A stretch of 63,610 bases of DNA, the filler included, from Ionaspis alba (lineage: Eukaryota): NCBI GenBank assembly GCA_964255285.1. It is 15 parts of 15 records of this genome, joined end to end, with 100 filler letters (N's around TTAATTAATTAA, not from the genome) between each part and the next. Parts side by side here need not be neighbours in the genome. Positions count along the whole stretch, not along the records: positions 38,571 to 42,687 come from CAXUUL010001135.1; positions 42,788 to 46,885 come from CAXUUL010001136.1; positions 46,986 to 51,072 come from CAXUUL010001137.1; 12 more parts are not named here. One strand, 5' to 3'. Both the position numbers and the translations under genes were made by a program. Numbering within the stretch: position 1 is the first letter of the stretch; each line of letters opens with the position of its first letter. Under the pieces are notes generated by a model. It had not been told where the DNA came from. It saw only the letters and a program-made list of their open reading frames with translations, and did not search any database. Below, piece by piece: positions 38,571-51,172 of this stretch.

Positions 38571-38991
38571 GGACAGTAGCATTGGATAGCGCTCGAGCCG
38601 GAGATCTGTATCAAACGTCAATCAGCAGCTTATCAGCCCCAAAGTCTACGCCCAATGGCAAGATCTGTGTCCAAAAACTCATGCTGGGGCCTTTGCTCGA
38701 GGCGCATATCGGTCCTTGTGCTTCAATGGCTCGCCATACCTTCAACCCCTTCCCTTCCCATACCTCGCCCGTGCCCTTCACCCACCGTCCTCCATTCTTG
38801 GCTTGTTCTGGTACTGGTACGTCGATATCTATAGGAGACTCATCCTCGCCTCTCAGAATAGTAGATCGGAGTGTAAGATACACTGCCAGCAGTGTGCCAA
38901 TGGCGGATAGAATTATTTGCCATGGCAGTTGATCGGTCATCGACGGATCGCCGAAACTTTCTCGGAGAAAGGCCGGTAGCTGGAGGGCCAT
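38571..38991 (-). CDS. MSC7: Msc7-like aldehyde dehydrogenase, N-terminal part only
   Basis: An N-terminal TM anchor, VPVPEQ, and after an intron ISGSSAIQCYCP, which matches the start of Msc7/ALDH15-type proteins. Confidence 0.7.
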
Positions 38992-39470
38992 GTTCAGGCC
39001 AATAGAGAAAGGGGCCGCGAGTTATAGGGTTAATGGCCACGAATATTGGGAGATTACCGTCTGGGCATTTTCAGATGATGCTAAACCGGACGGGAACTCC
39101 AGGGTTTGAAGATTCTTGCCGAAATGTTGAAACTACAGCTTTCTAGGTGAGAGAATAAGGCTCAGGGAACATTTAAGGCTCTCAAGAAATGATTTAATTT
39201 CCGTTTGTCTGTTGCTGGCAAGGAAGTTGTAGAGAAGTAGTTGTCCTGCCCCTCAGCAATTATTCTTTCCTGTTTGGTAGCATGTTACGGCACGACATAC
39301 ACATTTTCAGGCTTAGGCTTTAGTAGAACGCCGTCACTTTCCCTGTAAAACACTCGTGGATTTGTAGTACTATTGTACCGTAACGAACGACTACAGAAAC
39401 AACATATTACGACAAAGATGTATGTACAAGAAGGAAATCAACGATACAGACAGCGTTACCAGATACCAAA

Positions 39471-40691
39471 TCAAGCGAACGCAGGAGAGACCTGGGTTCT
39501 GTCAGCAAATTCATCTAGGTCAATGTACCAGAGACATCGAGACATACCTCAACAGTAGCTGGTCCCGCCAAAATAGTATCCTCATCCACAGTCACATTTC
39601 CCGCAACAAGGACAACATAGCTCAAGCCCTCCACACCCTCAGGTACCTGAACGGTATAGCCACTATCGACCACCACCACAGCCACGAATATCACTCCCGT
39701 ACGCGAAATGAAAGCGCCTGACATCTCCCCATCCGACCCTACAGTCATAGATGTAGAGTTCGAAGTCTCCAAGGTGATACTGCCACCAACCTCGATGGAG
39801 CCCTTGGTCCCGAGTGCTAAGTGAGGGTATTCTTTGATTGGTAGCTTAGGATTGCTTTCGGGGCATGCGACGATGTATTGGGCAGCCATGGCGTAGATAA
39901 TATCGACAGGAAGCGGAAGATCGAAGTCAGGAGACAATGGTGATGGAGTCGGTGGTGTGTCTTGATTCATAGCGGAACGGACAAAGGTTGAGAGCTTGTT
40001 TGAGGAGGCTCTTTTTGATTTCTTGGACGTGGTGGGCTCGGACTCGATCAATACTGATGTTGCAGCAATGTAGGCTGCATCACAGAGATCTAGATGTCCA
40101 TTAGCAGAGCAAGGGTTTTGACAAGTGGTAGAGGTAATAACAGTGTCATGTCGAATGTATACGTTGATGACATTGGAATGCCGTGACAAGCGTTGGGTAG
40201 GAAGGCTTTATGAAGAAAACGCCGAGTGTACGTACCCTCCATTGCCACTGCAACCTCAACGAACGCCTTGACATCTGTGGATGGAAACAGATACGTGCAC
40301 TCCTCCACTGGTTTCGCACCTTCCTCTTTAATCTCCTCTGCCATGGACTTGACAAGCTCAATCTTATCTTCAGAAGCTAATTTGAGCTGCGCGTGCATAG
40401 TGTCGGGAAGGCCAGAATTGTCGAAAATCTTATCGGTATAGTTCGCGAGACCTTCACGGTAGAGCTTGTCAAGAATATGCTCCAACGTCAACTCATAGTT
40501 CAAGACGTCGGCTACAGACCAGTCAGCAGCTGCTCCAGTAACATCGGCAGTGTGGAGCCAATCGAAAAGCTAGAAGGAAGAGAGAACTTGCCTTGCGTGA
40601 ACTTGGCCGTGTGCTTTGGAGCCGGGGGAGCCGTGGGTGCTGTTGAGCCGGCGATAATAAATGCAGCTAGAAGGGCAACGGAGTACTTCAT
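39471..40691 (-). CDS. Secreted Rds1-like ferritin-fold (Ferritin_2) protein, degenerate metal site
   Basis: Signal peptide, then DVLNYELTLEH..DKLYREGLANYT, PVEECTYLFPSTDVKAFV, FDLPL...AAQYIVACPESNP.LPIK.YP and SYVVL...DEDTILAGPATVEV. Three introns inferred. Confidence 0.82.
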
Positions 40692-41509
40692 AGTGGGCCA
40701 AGCAGAAGAGTATTACGTACGAGCTGTACGAAGTGGAATACAGCAATAAGATCTAAGAATTTGGAAGTAAAGCAAATGTATGAATGCGTTGCAATGAGTG
40801 GATGATGAACAGATGAGAACGGATCAAAGAAATGGAAAGTGAGAAGACCAGAGTACATGTTTTTATGTGGTCGTCCTTGCTCTAGGAAGTCACAGAAGAA
40901 AACACAAGATAAGCAGGTACGGCTCTGAAGATGCCATACACGAAGCATGAAAAGAGCAACGTCGCATGGATTGATATTAAGAGCTGGCAAGCACGAGAAA
41001 CATTCGATTGAGTTATCGTCCAAAGCCACTATTCGAGGGCTGCCATCATTGAATCTCAGAGCAAATCCTAACAGTAGTATCTAACTGGCGAAAACAAGAG
41101 AATAGATCTCTCATCGCCCTCCGATGAATTAACGGCCTCTTGGTTCAAGGCCCTAGACGAGTTCGGGAATAGCGCAGGATTGAGCTACCTCCTTCCGTCA
41201 ACTCTCTGTAGAGGCCATTACCAACCATTTCAATCATTTTAAAGGAGATCCCCTCACCACTCCTTCTCCGGAGGCTGTACTTTCTGCATTATGTGTCTAA
41301 CGCCTGCCATAGCCATAATCTGAATACCATCATCGAACCTACAACAGCATTATAATCAGCAGATGATGCCCATCTGATCATGAGCAGTGTGCTCGAAGCT
41401 GGTAGTCACTCATGCATTCTACAAAGCATTCAATCGCCTTGGACACAGTTGACTGCCATTGAACCCGACAGCGCAAGCGAGAGAAAGAGAGCCTCGATTG
41501 ATTTCCTAA

Positions 41510-42687
41510 TACCTCTCCATCGAGCTCCGGCAGATAATACTTTGCTCTCTGCAGAGCTGCAGTGCTCTGTCGCTCGTCCTTCTATCATGCTTTCCTTACT
41601 GCGGAGAACATGATCATGGTCAGCGTCTTAGGGAACCAAGTTCCTGTAGATCTATTGTTTGATGCCTTTTTCGTTTTGGACTCATCCCTGATTTAACCCT
41701 ACACTGGAGAAGAAATATATCAGCTTTTACTTAGTGATACCGGACACGAAGAGCTAGCTCTGCTGCCGTGGAATCTATCAGACGCTCTGCTCGCGAGTAT
41801 CTTCCACGGACATGTCATGGTCTTGGTCGCGAATTTTGCGGCCGAGGCATTGTCCGTACATCCCGTCAATGGCAGACCTTGTACTTCACCAGAGCCATTA
41901 TCATCGAACGAGAACTGCCGCATTGCCGCGGCTTTCATCGTTTCGAGCTCTACTGCAATTTGCTCCATGTCTATGATGGGGACGATGGTCTGCAATTCAT
42001 TATAGACAAGCAGTGCAGGCTTTTCTTTGATGCCTTCACTTATTGGGAAAATGAGCAGTTAGCATGTATCCATGATTACCTGCACAGGTGTATCGCAACG
42101 GGTACATGGTACTAACAGACAGGGTGGCTTCAATTACTAATGGTCAAAGTGTTCAAAAGCATCGCTGCACATGATGTTGTTTTGGGTAAAAAAACTACGG
42201 AGTATTCAACATGGGAAGATGTTACAAAGCCAGCGGGTTGTGTGCAATATGTTGTGCGTCTAACAACATCATCGCACCCGTCTCCGGTAGCTAAATGACT
42301 TCATGTCTCCTGCAGCTCTCTTTGGGATTAGCTTTTCTTCACGATTTGATGAAGGCTACGACATACCAAGAACGAAACTATTTACTAGAGCATAATCTGG
42401 ACTCGATTGATCACTTCCTATATGCTGGACTTCTCGTTTGCAATTGGCAAGGTCGTGAAAATACACGACTGCGAGAAATTTCTTGCCTGAACCTGCAGTT
42501 GACTGAAGACCAAGATCCGGGGCCGGAAAGCGCCTGGCGTTGGGCCCATCAGGAGTCAATCCGCTCTTGTTTTGTTATGTCATATGTGGACCACAAGGCA
42601 CGGGAAAGAGGCTATGTCATGTGGGACCTTCAACGACTCCAGGACTGGAACTTATTCAACGAACCTTGACGTGAGCCTCGATACCCC
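41510..42687 (+). pseudogene. Disrupted member of a fungal F-box-like hypothetical family
   Basis: Family-like blocks (ELRQIILCSL; AVL...FYHAF; RI.AAF/HRFELYCNL; FFDAFTYWENEQLACIHDYL; AHDV; DPGPESAWRWAH; RGYVMWD.RL) are split over frames. In-frame TAA at 41694, frameshifts near 41552 and 41935. Confidence 0.65.
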
Positions 42688-42787
42688 NNNNNNNNNNNNN
42701 NNNNNNNNNNNNNNNNNNNNNNNNNNNNNNNTTAATTAATTAANNNNNNNNNNNNNNNNNNNNNNNNNNNNNNNNNNNNNNNNNNNN

Positions 42788-44527
42788 AGGTCTTCTTGGA
42801 AGCTGTAAGGGAGCTTAGCCAGAATCTCAAGGCGCGTATATCCAATTATTGTCCGGATGCTGTGCTGACTTGATTTTATATAGACGCAAAGGCGGGGTGG
42901 TTCGTAACAACTCCTGTAACGGTCTGTTGGCTGTATTTTATATTGACATTTACAACAGGATCTGCCACTTCCCCAGTGCCTATCTCTGCTTCAAAGTGCG
43001 TGTATTCTTTATATGATGTTTTGCAGTCATAGGCGAATATTCCTGACGCATATACAGGCCCAAGACTGCCGAAAGTGAATTAAGCCCACTCTTTCCCCGC
43101 AATCCGCCGAATAAATCCACAACACCGTCCTTGAATAAGCAGAATCCTATAGACCTTACACTCTCCGATGACGAAGACGAGCAACCAGTGGTACGGAAAC
43201 GAAGTAAACTCCGTCATGATAGTGAGGCTTCATCAGGGACGGGTAAGCCTACTCGGCTCGACATCCTGCCTTACTGCCAATTCTTTCGCGGATTTCTCCA
43301 GACGTCACATGACCATATTCATTACTTTTATGGCCCTGCTCACATAATATGCTTGAACATTAGATCGAGAGCATCGAAGGCCTGGTATTCAGATCATTCT
43401 GCCACGTAGGCAGCAAATCCTCCAGCCTACCACCACTACCGATCGTCCTTCGCTGAAGAAGGTCGGCAATGATCCTTCTAGTACGCCCCGTGTCGTAAGG
43501 CTCATGTTGGCAGTTGACTGACATAAGATGAAGACAAAGTTCGTACTGAATTTCTCGAACGGATTTCGCATATCAAAGGACCCCCTGTCACTCTCTCCAA
43601 CGACATCGATGACTCCTCACCACCGTCGGACTTCCGCTTCATAGACGAGTACGTTTACGGACCAGGCACGAACAAGCTAGACGAAGGATTTCACTCTGGC
43701 TGCAAGTGCAAACCCGAGAATGGCAGACATATGGGTTGTGAGCATCGAGACAGATGTGAATGTCTAGAGGACCTCGCAAGGAACGAAAATGGGAAACCCA
43801 TGGGATTCCCGTACTCTGCTGTTGGAGAAAAGAAGGGTTGTTTGAGGTTTATGTTCTTGGAGACACGGTACGCGATCTACGAGTGTAATTACAAGTGCAA
43901 TTGTGGCCCGACATGTAAGAACAAGGTAGTTCAACATGGACGGCAAATACCACTGGAGATATTCAAGACTGCTGATCGTGGATGGGGTACTTCAACCAAT
44001 ACGTCACCCTCACAGTCGACGATCGCTAACACATTGCAGGTCTCCGCTCTCCCGTCTTCATCCGCAAAGGCCAATTCATCGACACATACCGAGGCGAAGT
44101 AATCACTGATGCAGAAGCCACCAAGCGCGAGGAACGAGCCGACAAGGGTAAAGAATCATACCTCTACGCCCTCGACAAGTTCCGCGGCGAGGAAGGCAGC
44201 CCAGACTTCATCGAGGACCAGGACCTCTATGTTGTCGACGGCGAGTTCATGGGTGGCCCCACCCGATTCATCAATCACAGCTGCGAGCCCAACTGTGCAA
44301 CTTTTGCCGTGTCGATCTTCCGAGGCTATGGCAAGGTGTACGAGCTGGCATTCTTTGCACTGAGAAATATCGAAGCTGGGGAGGAACTGACTTTCAGCTA
44401 TGTGGATGATGATAGAGATCGGCCAATTTCTGATCAGGAAGCTAGGGAGATTATGAAAGAGAAGAAGCAGGAGCCTACGAAGTGTCTTTGTGGTGCGGAG
44501 AATTGTCGACGCTATTTGTTTTTGTGA
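42788..44527 (+). CDS. dim-5: Histone H3K9 methyltransferase DIM-5/Clr4-like (pre-SET, SET, post-SET); 5' micro-exons run to the contig edge
   Basis: GCKC...CECL, IYECNYKCNCGPTCKNKVVQHGR.IPLEIFKT..RGWGLR, GGPTRFINHSCEPN, GEELTFSY and CLCGAENCRRYL. Confidence 0.9.
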
Positions 44528-44932
44528 GGGAGACTTGATCACCATGCTCAATTTGGCGAGCTGATAGGTGTCATCTTGCTTGGAAGTGCGGCATGGTGGT
44601 GTGCATGTATTGGGCAAGGTTGAACGAACAATTCAGTTAGCGTACGAGCACTTGCTAGGCTGCACACCTATAATTTCTGCAGGGGTGAACCACAGAGATG
44701 ATATTCGCTGGTGAAATGCTTTCATAGTGGTACATTAGCAATCTCCCAAATCAAGACTCCATTAGATTCCTGAATTGCTCATGATATAGCGCCTCGCAAG
44801 CAATTCCATAAAGCTTGTTTGCCCCCGAAATACTCCGTGAGAAACCGATCCAATCCTGATAGAAGACTCCAATACAATTAAGAGATTCCCCCCTCTCCTT
44901 CCAAAACCTCACCCAAGCCCGCTCCATACCCT

Positions 44933-45415
44933 CTACGACAGACTTCCCCTCCGACTCCCTTCCTCCTCCTCCAGCACCTCGGTAACACCCCACCAGCCCT
45001 GTCCTGGTCTGGGCTCCAGCACGCCCACACAACTCTCACCAAATTCCTCACGTTCGTTCTGCATCTCCAGGATACTGTAGCAGCTCGGTCGACGGGTAGA
45101 TTCGAGACTCTTGTTTCGAGATGCGGGATAGCTAAGAGCGAGGATGTCGGCGAGTGAAGAGATGGACGGATTGCGGCTTTGGGAGGAGAAGAAGGAGTTC
45201 GAAGAGATGGAAGAGGAAGGTGAGCGGGTTGTGCGGGCGAAGGCGGAGGTTGATAGGGCGGGGCTGGAGGATGGGGATCTGGATGTGGTCGTGGAGGTGG
45301 AAGTGGTGTTTGTTGATGAGAAAGGGTTGTGAAAGAAGCTGCGTGTGAGGCGGTTGGTGCGGTGATGCACGGAGGTAGGAAGGACGGAGCGGTCGTGGGC
45401 GGAAGGGGGATGCAT
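44933..45415 (-). CDS. Small Ser/Thr-rich hypothetical protein
   Basis: Good ATG context (ACAATG), Ser-rich body and a C-terminal GVLEPRP...GVTEVL segment. Confidence 0.55.
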   Translation of the reverse strand: MHPPSAHDRSVLPTSVHHRTNRLTRSFFHNPFSSTNTTSTSTTTSRSPSSSPALSTSAFARTTRSPSSSISSNSFFSSQSRNPSISSLADILALSYPASRNKSLESTRRPSCYSILEMQNEREEFGESCVGVLEPRPGQGWWGVTEVLEEEEGSRRGSLS

Positions 45416-48400
45416 TGTTGCTGTAGAGGTGATGGTCGTGGTGAGTATTGTTGGTAGAGGCAGATTGCTTGCCGGTTGACAGCAGTGATGTGAGTTTAGG
45501 AGTAGACAAGCTCTGTTGCAGAGGATAAGAGCGAGATAGGACTGTTTAGAGGGAGGTGGTGTGTTTATCCGTAGGATTCTTGTAAATTGTTCAGGACCTG
45601 CCTGGGTGATCAATGCTCAAGTCTGGGCTGACAGAGCGAAGGAGGGAATAAGTGATGCCAAGCAGCAAAAGAGGTTATTATGGGTGTAATGGTGTCTTGC
45701 CAGAGACAATCAAGTGAATGCAAAGTATCGAATGTGGCGTCCGCCTGTGGTATCCGCGAGACACACCAGACAAAGGAAGTAAAACCCGCACTATAAGAGC
45801 GAGTGGATAGAAAATCAACAGCTCAATGCGATGTGTACGTCAGTAAAGGTTGAGTTTGCAGCCTCACGGTTTCAAGTCTCGATGGATTTGAAACTCAAGC
45901 AGGTAGTCTTGGGGGCAGGCAAGGCATTGATTATATGATGGATCTTCTAGAAGAACTTGATGCAACAGGGGAAGTCGACGTTTGTATGTAACCCAACCCT
46001 CCCCAACATCCTTACCAACAGCCTTTCATAGGCTTTAGGCGATCAAACGTACCAACGCAAGGAAAGGGAGACCTAAAAATCGCAATGAAGGATCTTCATC
46101 TGGTTCTGCGGGGCGGAGATTGGAGGTAGCGGAAGGGAATGGTTGGCGCGGCGAGAGGCGCATCATACTGACTCTTCCCACAGAGGAGAGGTTTCGGCTC
46201 ATAAGAGGCCGGCATTACTCGTGGAAGCGAACGTTTTCTTTATTCACTCGCTCTGCTAGAGTAGCTTTCCTGGTCAAGTAGAGGCTTGGACTCTCTGCAT
46301 GATGTTAATCCTGTAGGATGGTGATTCTGGAAATGGTAGTGTAGTATCGAGGAAGGAGAGGCGGCGTGCAAGAGAAGTTCAATGCGAGCTGGGGTCTCGA
46401 GATAGGTCTGCATTGGCGTTGCGGCAGAGGTGAAGTGATCGTCAGGCACCATTTACCCGGTTGACCCTCCTTCACCTACAATCTATCTGACATGCATGAA
46501 ATACGGCATTCAATGCTTGGATGAGATTCGTGAGGCATGAAGGTATTCCGCTGGACCAGCTATGGAATACGGCAACGATTGAAGCGCGAGGGCGGGCTTT
46601 GCTCTCTGCCAAAACGAAATTGAGATCAGACATCGCAGATCAAACATTCTTCGGACAAAGTACCAGTACAGTCCATATTACCTGACAACTTTTGCTATGC
46701 AGTGGGTTTTGTCTCTCCACCGTTGTCTATCGCATGTATTCGTCCCAACTCAGCTACTTGAGCGTGCAACTCAGACTGCGCCACTCCTCCACACGACTTC
46801 CTCACGTTGGGACCCATGCCGGTGCCAGAGTGAATGATACACCTGACAAGATATTCAGCACGCCCACCTCTTAGTCCCCTGAATTNNNNNNNNNNNNNNN
46901 NNNNNNNNNNNNNNNNNNNNNNNNNNNNNTTAATTAATTAANNNNNNNNNNNNNNNNNNNNNNNNNNNNNNNNNNNNNNNNNNNNATAAGCCACGACGAG
47001 CAGCACATATTCGAAAAGCACAACAGCACTAGCCATCAATCAGACCGCAACCATGTCTCCTTTGAGTAGCAAGGGTCATCATGCCGGCCGACGTTTCCGC
47101 ACTCGCAGCTTGAAAGAGCTATCCCCACGATGTCCGGTCTGCCACGTAGAGCCAGTGGAGACTTCGCTGCACACAACTTATTTCTCCTCCACCACGTGTC
47201 AGGTCTTAGTCGGGCCACGCCAAGGCCGAATTCTTCCAGCTATGTATGTCCCAATCGAAGGAATAGTGGCTGAAAACACATATCGAGAATGATCCTTATC
47301 ATAAGCGACATCCTACAAATAATGTTCTTGAAACGGATCATCAAGAGGCACAGAAGACGCGCACGAGATGTTTTCCAAATCCAAATGCGCGGTCGAGCTT
47401 GCCAAGCCATCGGCAGGATAAGAGCCGAGCTGAAAATAGAAGGTAATATCCCCCGATGGGGAAAGAGCCGAGAAAGAAACGACTGCTAATTTTGGCAATT
47501 GGGATTGGCGAAGTGTGTGGAAACACCCCAGAACATCTATGCCGCTCCACCACGGACCTGCAGCGGGGTCTAGCCGTTCCGTTGTCGAGTGATATTAGTA
47601 TGACTGGGAGGGATCATGAGGAGGAAAACCCAACAACGAGCATTCCCACAGGAGTGCATCCCCGTACAGTCGAGTACCTGAATAAGTTCTTGACAAGGGC
47701 ACCGATAATGGTGCTCGCTCGGAGGAACAGGCACGTTCTTAGCATCTGCCAATTGAATTGCGACGACAATACAAGACCTGAACACCGTGGCTCGATGATC
47801 ACCATATTGCATGACAATGCTAATTCTACCATCCAGTCCCCAGATGTAGCACATTGTGACGAGCAATAGGAATAATCATGATATTACTCTCAATCTTGAC
47901 CATCTTGTCACAATAACCATCTTCTGCAAGCGCTGTGTTTCCAGACTTCGTCCCGCCAACGGCAACCACGATGATGATTGGCGAGCCTGGGACGTTTTAG
48001 CGCCCACGGAGCTGAGCAAGCTCTATGTCGTGCAACCACTTAAACCTCTTCGGAGCTGCAGATAGCCCTGCTCCAAGTGTGACGCCCCACAAGACCTCGG
48101 TCCAATCAGTGGGCTTGCCGCCCACCACTGCGGGATGGTACTCACCATCCCTCCTCCCCTCCCTCATGGCGAAGCGCCCGCCGCGAGGATGTTCGGTAGC
48201 ACTGTGGCTTCGAGGCCCGTCTGCTCTGTGAGCGCCTTTAAGCTTCATTCTCCCTCTGTTCCTCCTGTTCTGAAGTCGCATCGGTACTTTTGTTTGTTGT
48301 CAAGAGGAACGTTGATTGCACTGGAGCTCTCACGGAGCGAGACTATCAATTCCAGGTACGAGCATACATACCCCATAAGCCGCAAGTAGTTCGTTACCAG

Positions 48401-48920
48401 CAGACTACAGTTGTTGCAGGATGCATGTGCTAACCCGTTCTCCTTCGACTCGCAGTCTAACATTATCCTCGAAGAATCCTTGGGCGTCTATTCCTGGCTC
48501 ACACTCGCTCCAACCCGTACCCTATCAATACCCACCACTACGACGATCCACTTAACCTTCGCGCCGAGTGACAGTTATTGAAACCGTCCCCATTCCCCAC
48601 GTCCCTCATTCTGCCCAATTCACATCGTCGCGCCATCTCCAGTTCTAGCGACTGAAGCATCCAGTCTTGCTCCACATCCCTGTCCCCACCTAGGCGCCGG
48701 GTCAAAAGTCTCTCGACCTGCCTGACTTTCTCGACCTTCTCTTGTGACTTCAGTTCACTCATTCACCTCCATCAACTTACGGAACGACGTACCTCTTCGA
48801 CAGTCGTCTAGGAAACCACGGAGCATAGACTCCTACGAGTCGTTGACGATACCTTCGTTTCTCCCGCCGGCGAGGTAGATCCTAGCCTCGTGGAGTCCTC
48901 ACGTCTGCTGAGCTAGAACA

Positions 48921-50599
48921 ATGACGGACTCGGTCGTTGATGAGAAGAACCCAAGAGTCGCGCCGCAAGCAACCTCAGAAGAGAAGAAGGGCGCCGAGAT
49001 ATTGGTTCGGCCACGTACTTCGAGCTCCTCCTCCAGCTTGTCCATCAAAACCCCACGGACGGCACGCTTCGCTGAAGCAACATCAGTCAACTCTCCAATT
49101 GGACCTACAGCCAAAGGTCGAGCGCCGTTTGCTGGAGCTCCGATCATGACTACACATCTCAGCCCGCAACCACAACCGTCCGACGTTGGCTTTGGATACA
49201 TGTCGCAGAGCGATATGACCAAACATACCAGCATCGAGGTTCCCCTCACTCCCCGCTCGCCGATGAAGAGTGCTCTCAAGCCACCAGGGACGCCAGGTAG
49301 ATTTCTCGATCCCAGAAGTCCGACTTTCAAAGAAGAGCAAGTTCTAGAGAAGGAGGAAGAGAAGACCGAGAAGCAAAATGCGAAAGACTTGGTGAGTACG
49401 GAAGACAAGGAGACGAAGATCCAATTGCTAATAGGCCTCACAGAAAGTCAAGACTCGAGTCCGGGTAGCAAAATTCTTCCTCCGAGGCGTCAACTTCAGC
49501 TGCAGTCTCATCGTCCTCGCCATGATCGGCACCACCTTCTCAATCTTCAACGCAACCCGAGCACTCCCACCCCGAAGCGGTCTTCCAGCCTGGGCACCCG
49601 CTCAATCAACCTGGCCACAAATCGTCATCCTCTGCGTCTCCTGTGTATCCCTCGTCATGTGCCTCCTCATATTCTGGAACTACTTCCGAGGCGGGCATAA
49701 CAAAGCTCAAAAAGTCGCCTTCTACTACGGCGCCTTCGCTCTCTGTCTCTTCATCTTCACCACCATCATGTGGATCATCGCAGCCGTCATCCTCCACAAC
49801 AGCAAAGCCAACGGCAACAAACAAGACATGTGGGGCTGGTCCTGCAACGACAACAAGCGTCGCGCCCTCTTCGAAGACGTCGTCCAATACGACCTCATCT
49901 GCCGTCTTCAGGTAAGCCCCATCATCCCTCTATATCCACAACTCCTCCGTAGCTAACCGATCCATCCAGAACTGGACCCTCGTCTGCGCCATCATCGAAA
50001 TCGTCGTCGAAGTCCTCACAATAACCATCTACGCCATCGTCTTCTACAGATACTGGTCCAAACGCCGCCTCCACAAATCCATGAACGTCCGCGACAAAGC
50101 CCGCTCCGACCTCTACCTCGCCCAACTGCGCTCGCAATCCGCCCCCAACACTCCAGGCTTCGCCAAAACCCCCATGGGCACCACCTTCGGCGCTTCCATC
50201 CACGACACCAACGACGACCTCGACGCCGCCGAAAAGGGCGAACACTCTTCCCCCTCCGAAGACGACGCCCAGTACGCCCGTAAGCACCACTCGTTTTCCC
50301 AGCCGAAGCCGTTCGCGCTCCAGCCGCCGCCGGTGAGAGTCCAGCATGCGACGCCGACGGTGCCGCAGGAGGGGTTCGAGCCCGCCCCCAAGCTGCAGGA
50401 ACATGTGCCTGCGGCTCCGGGGGAGCAGACGTATGAGGCGGTGCCCATTCCGGGGGCTTATGCTAGTCCTGTGGCTAGTCCTAGCTTTCAGCACCAGAGT
50501 TTGCAGTTTCCCGCCGGTCAGGGGTTTTCGAGTACGGTGGAGGAGAGGGTGGGGACGCCGGTTAGTTCGAGGTTTGGGAGGGGGTCCGTGGGGAGGTGA
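48921..50599 (+). CDS. ham-8: HAM-8-like 4-TM (MARVEL-like) hyphal anastomosis protein, 3 exons
   Basis: KTPRTARFAEATSV.SPI, KSALKPPGTPG, RGVNFSCSLIVL, DMWGWSC and RDKARSDLYLAQLRSQSAPNTPGF. Family assignment is from memory of the motifs. Confidence 0.7.
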
Positions 50600-51172
50600 T
50601 GAGGGAGGGAGAAGGGGATGGATGGGGAGATCTGTGTATATTGAATCAAATGGCATGGGAGAGTGGTTGGGAAGGGACTGGATGGCCCTGGGTTGAGCTC
50701 GCGCTCTTGTTTCTTTTCTTTTCTGTGTGTCGTTCGCTTATACCACTATTTTTTTTTGGCTCTGTCGGCTTGCTTGTTTGGGGGTGTTGGGTGGAATGGG
50801 TTGCATAATTAGCTGGTTGTGTCAATTCAAAATTGTTAAATTGTCAGGAGGTTTCGATGGCTGGATTGTGCTGAGTATTGAATGCTGAGCGATGATCGTA
50901 AAGGGTAAACCCTTCTTCGTCGCGCTTGCGTTGATTGATGACTACGATTCATCCCATCCAGGTCACATCAAGCCTCCTAGACTATCAGATCGCTATCTGC
51001 GCCTTTAGCAACGGACATGTGCTAAGAGTACTTGGATTCGGTCCCTGAAAGGATGGTCCATTTAGCGGCCTCNNNNNNNNNNNNNNNNNNNNNNNNNNNN
51101 NNNNNNNNNNNNNNNNTTAATTAATTAANNNNNNNNNNNNNNNNNNNNNNNNNNNNNNNNNNNNNNNNNNNN

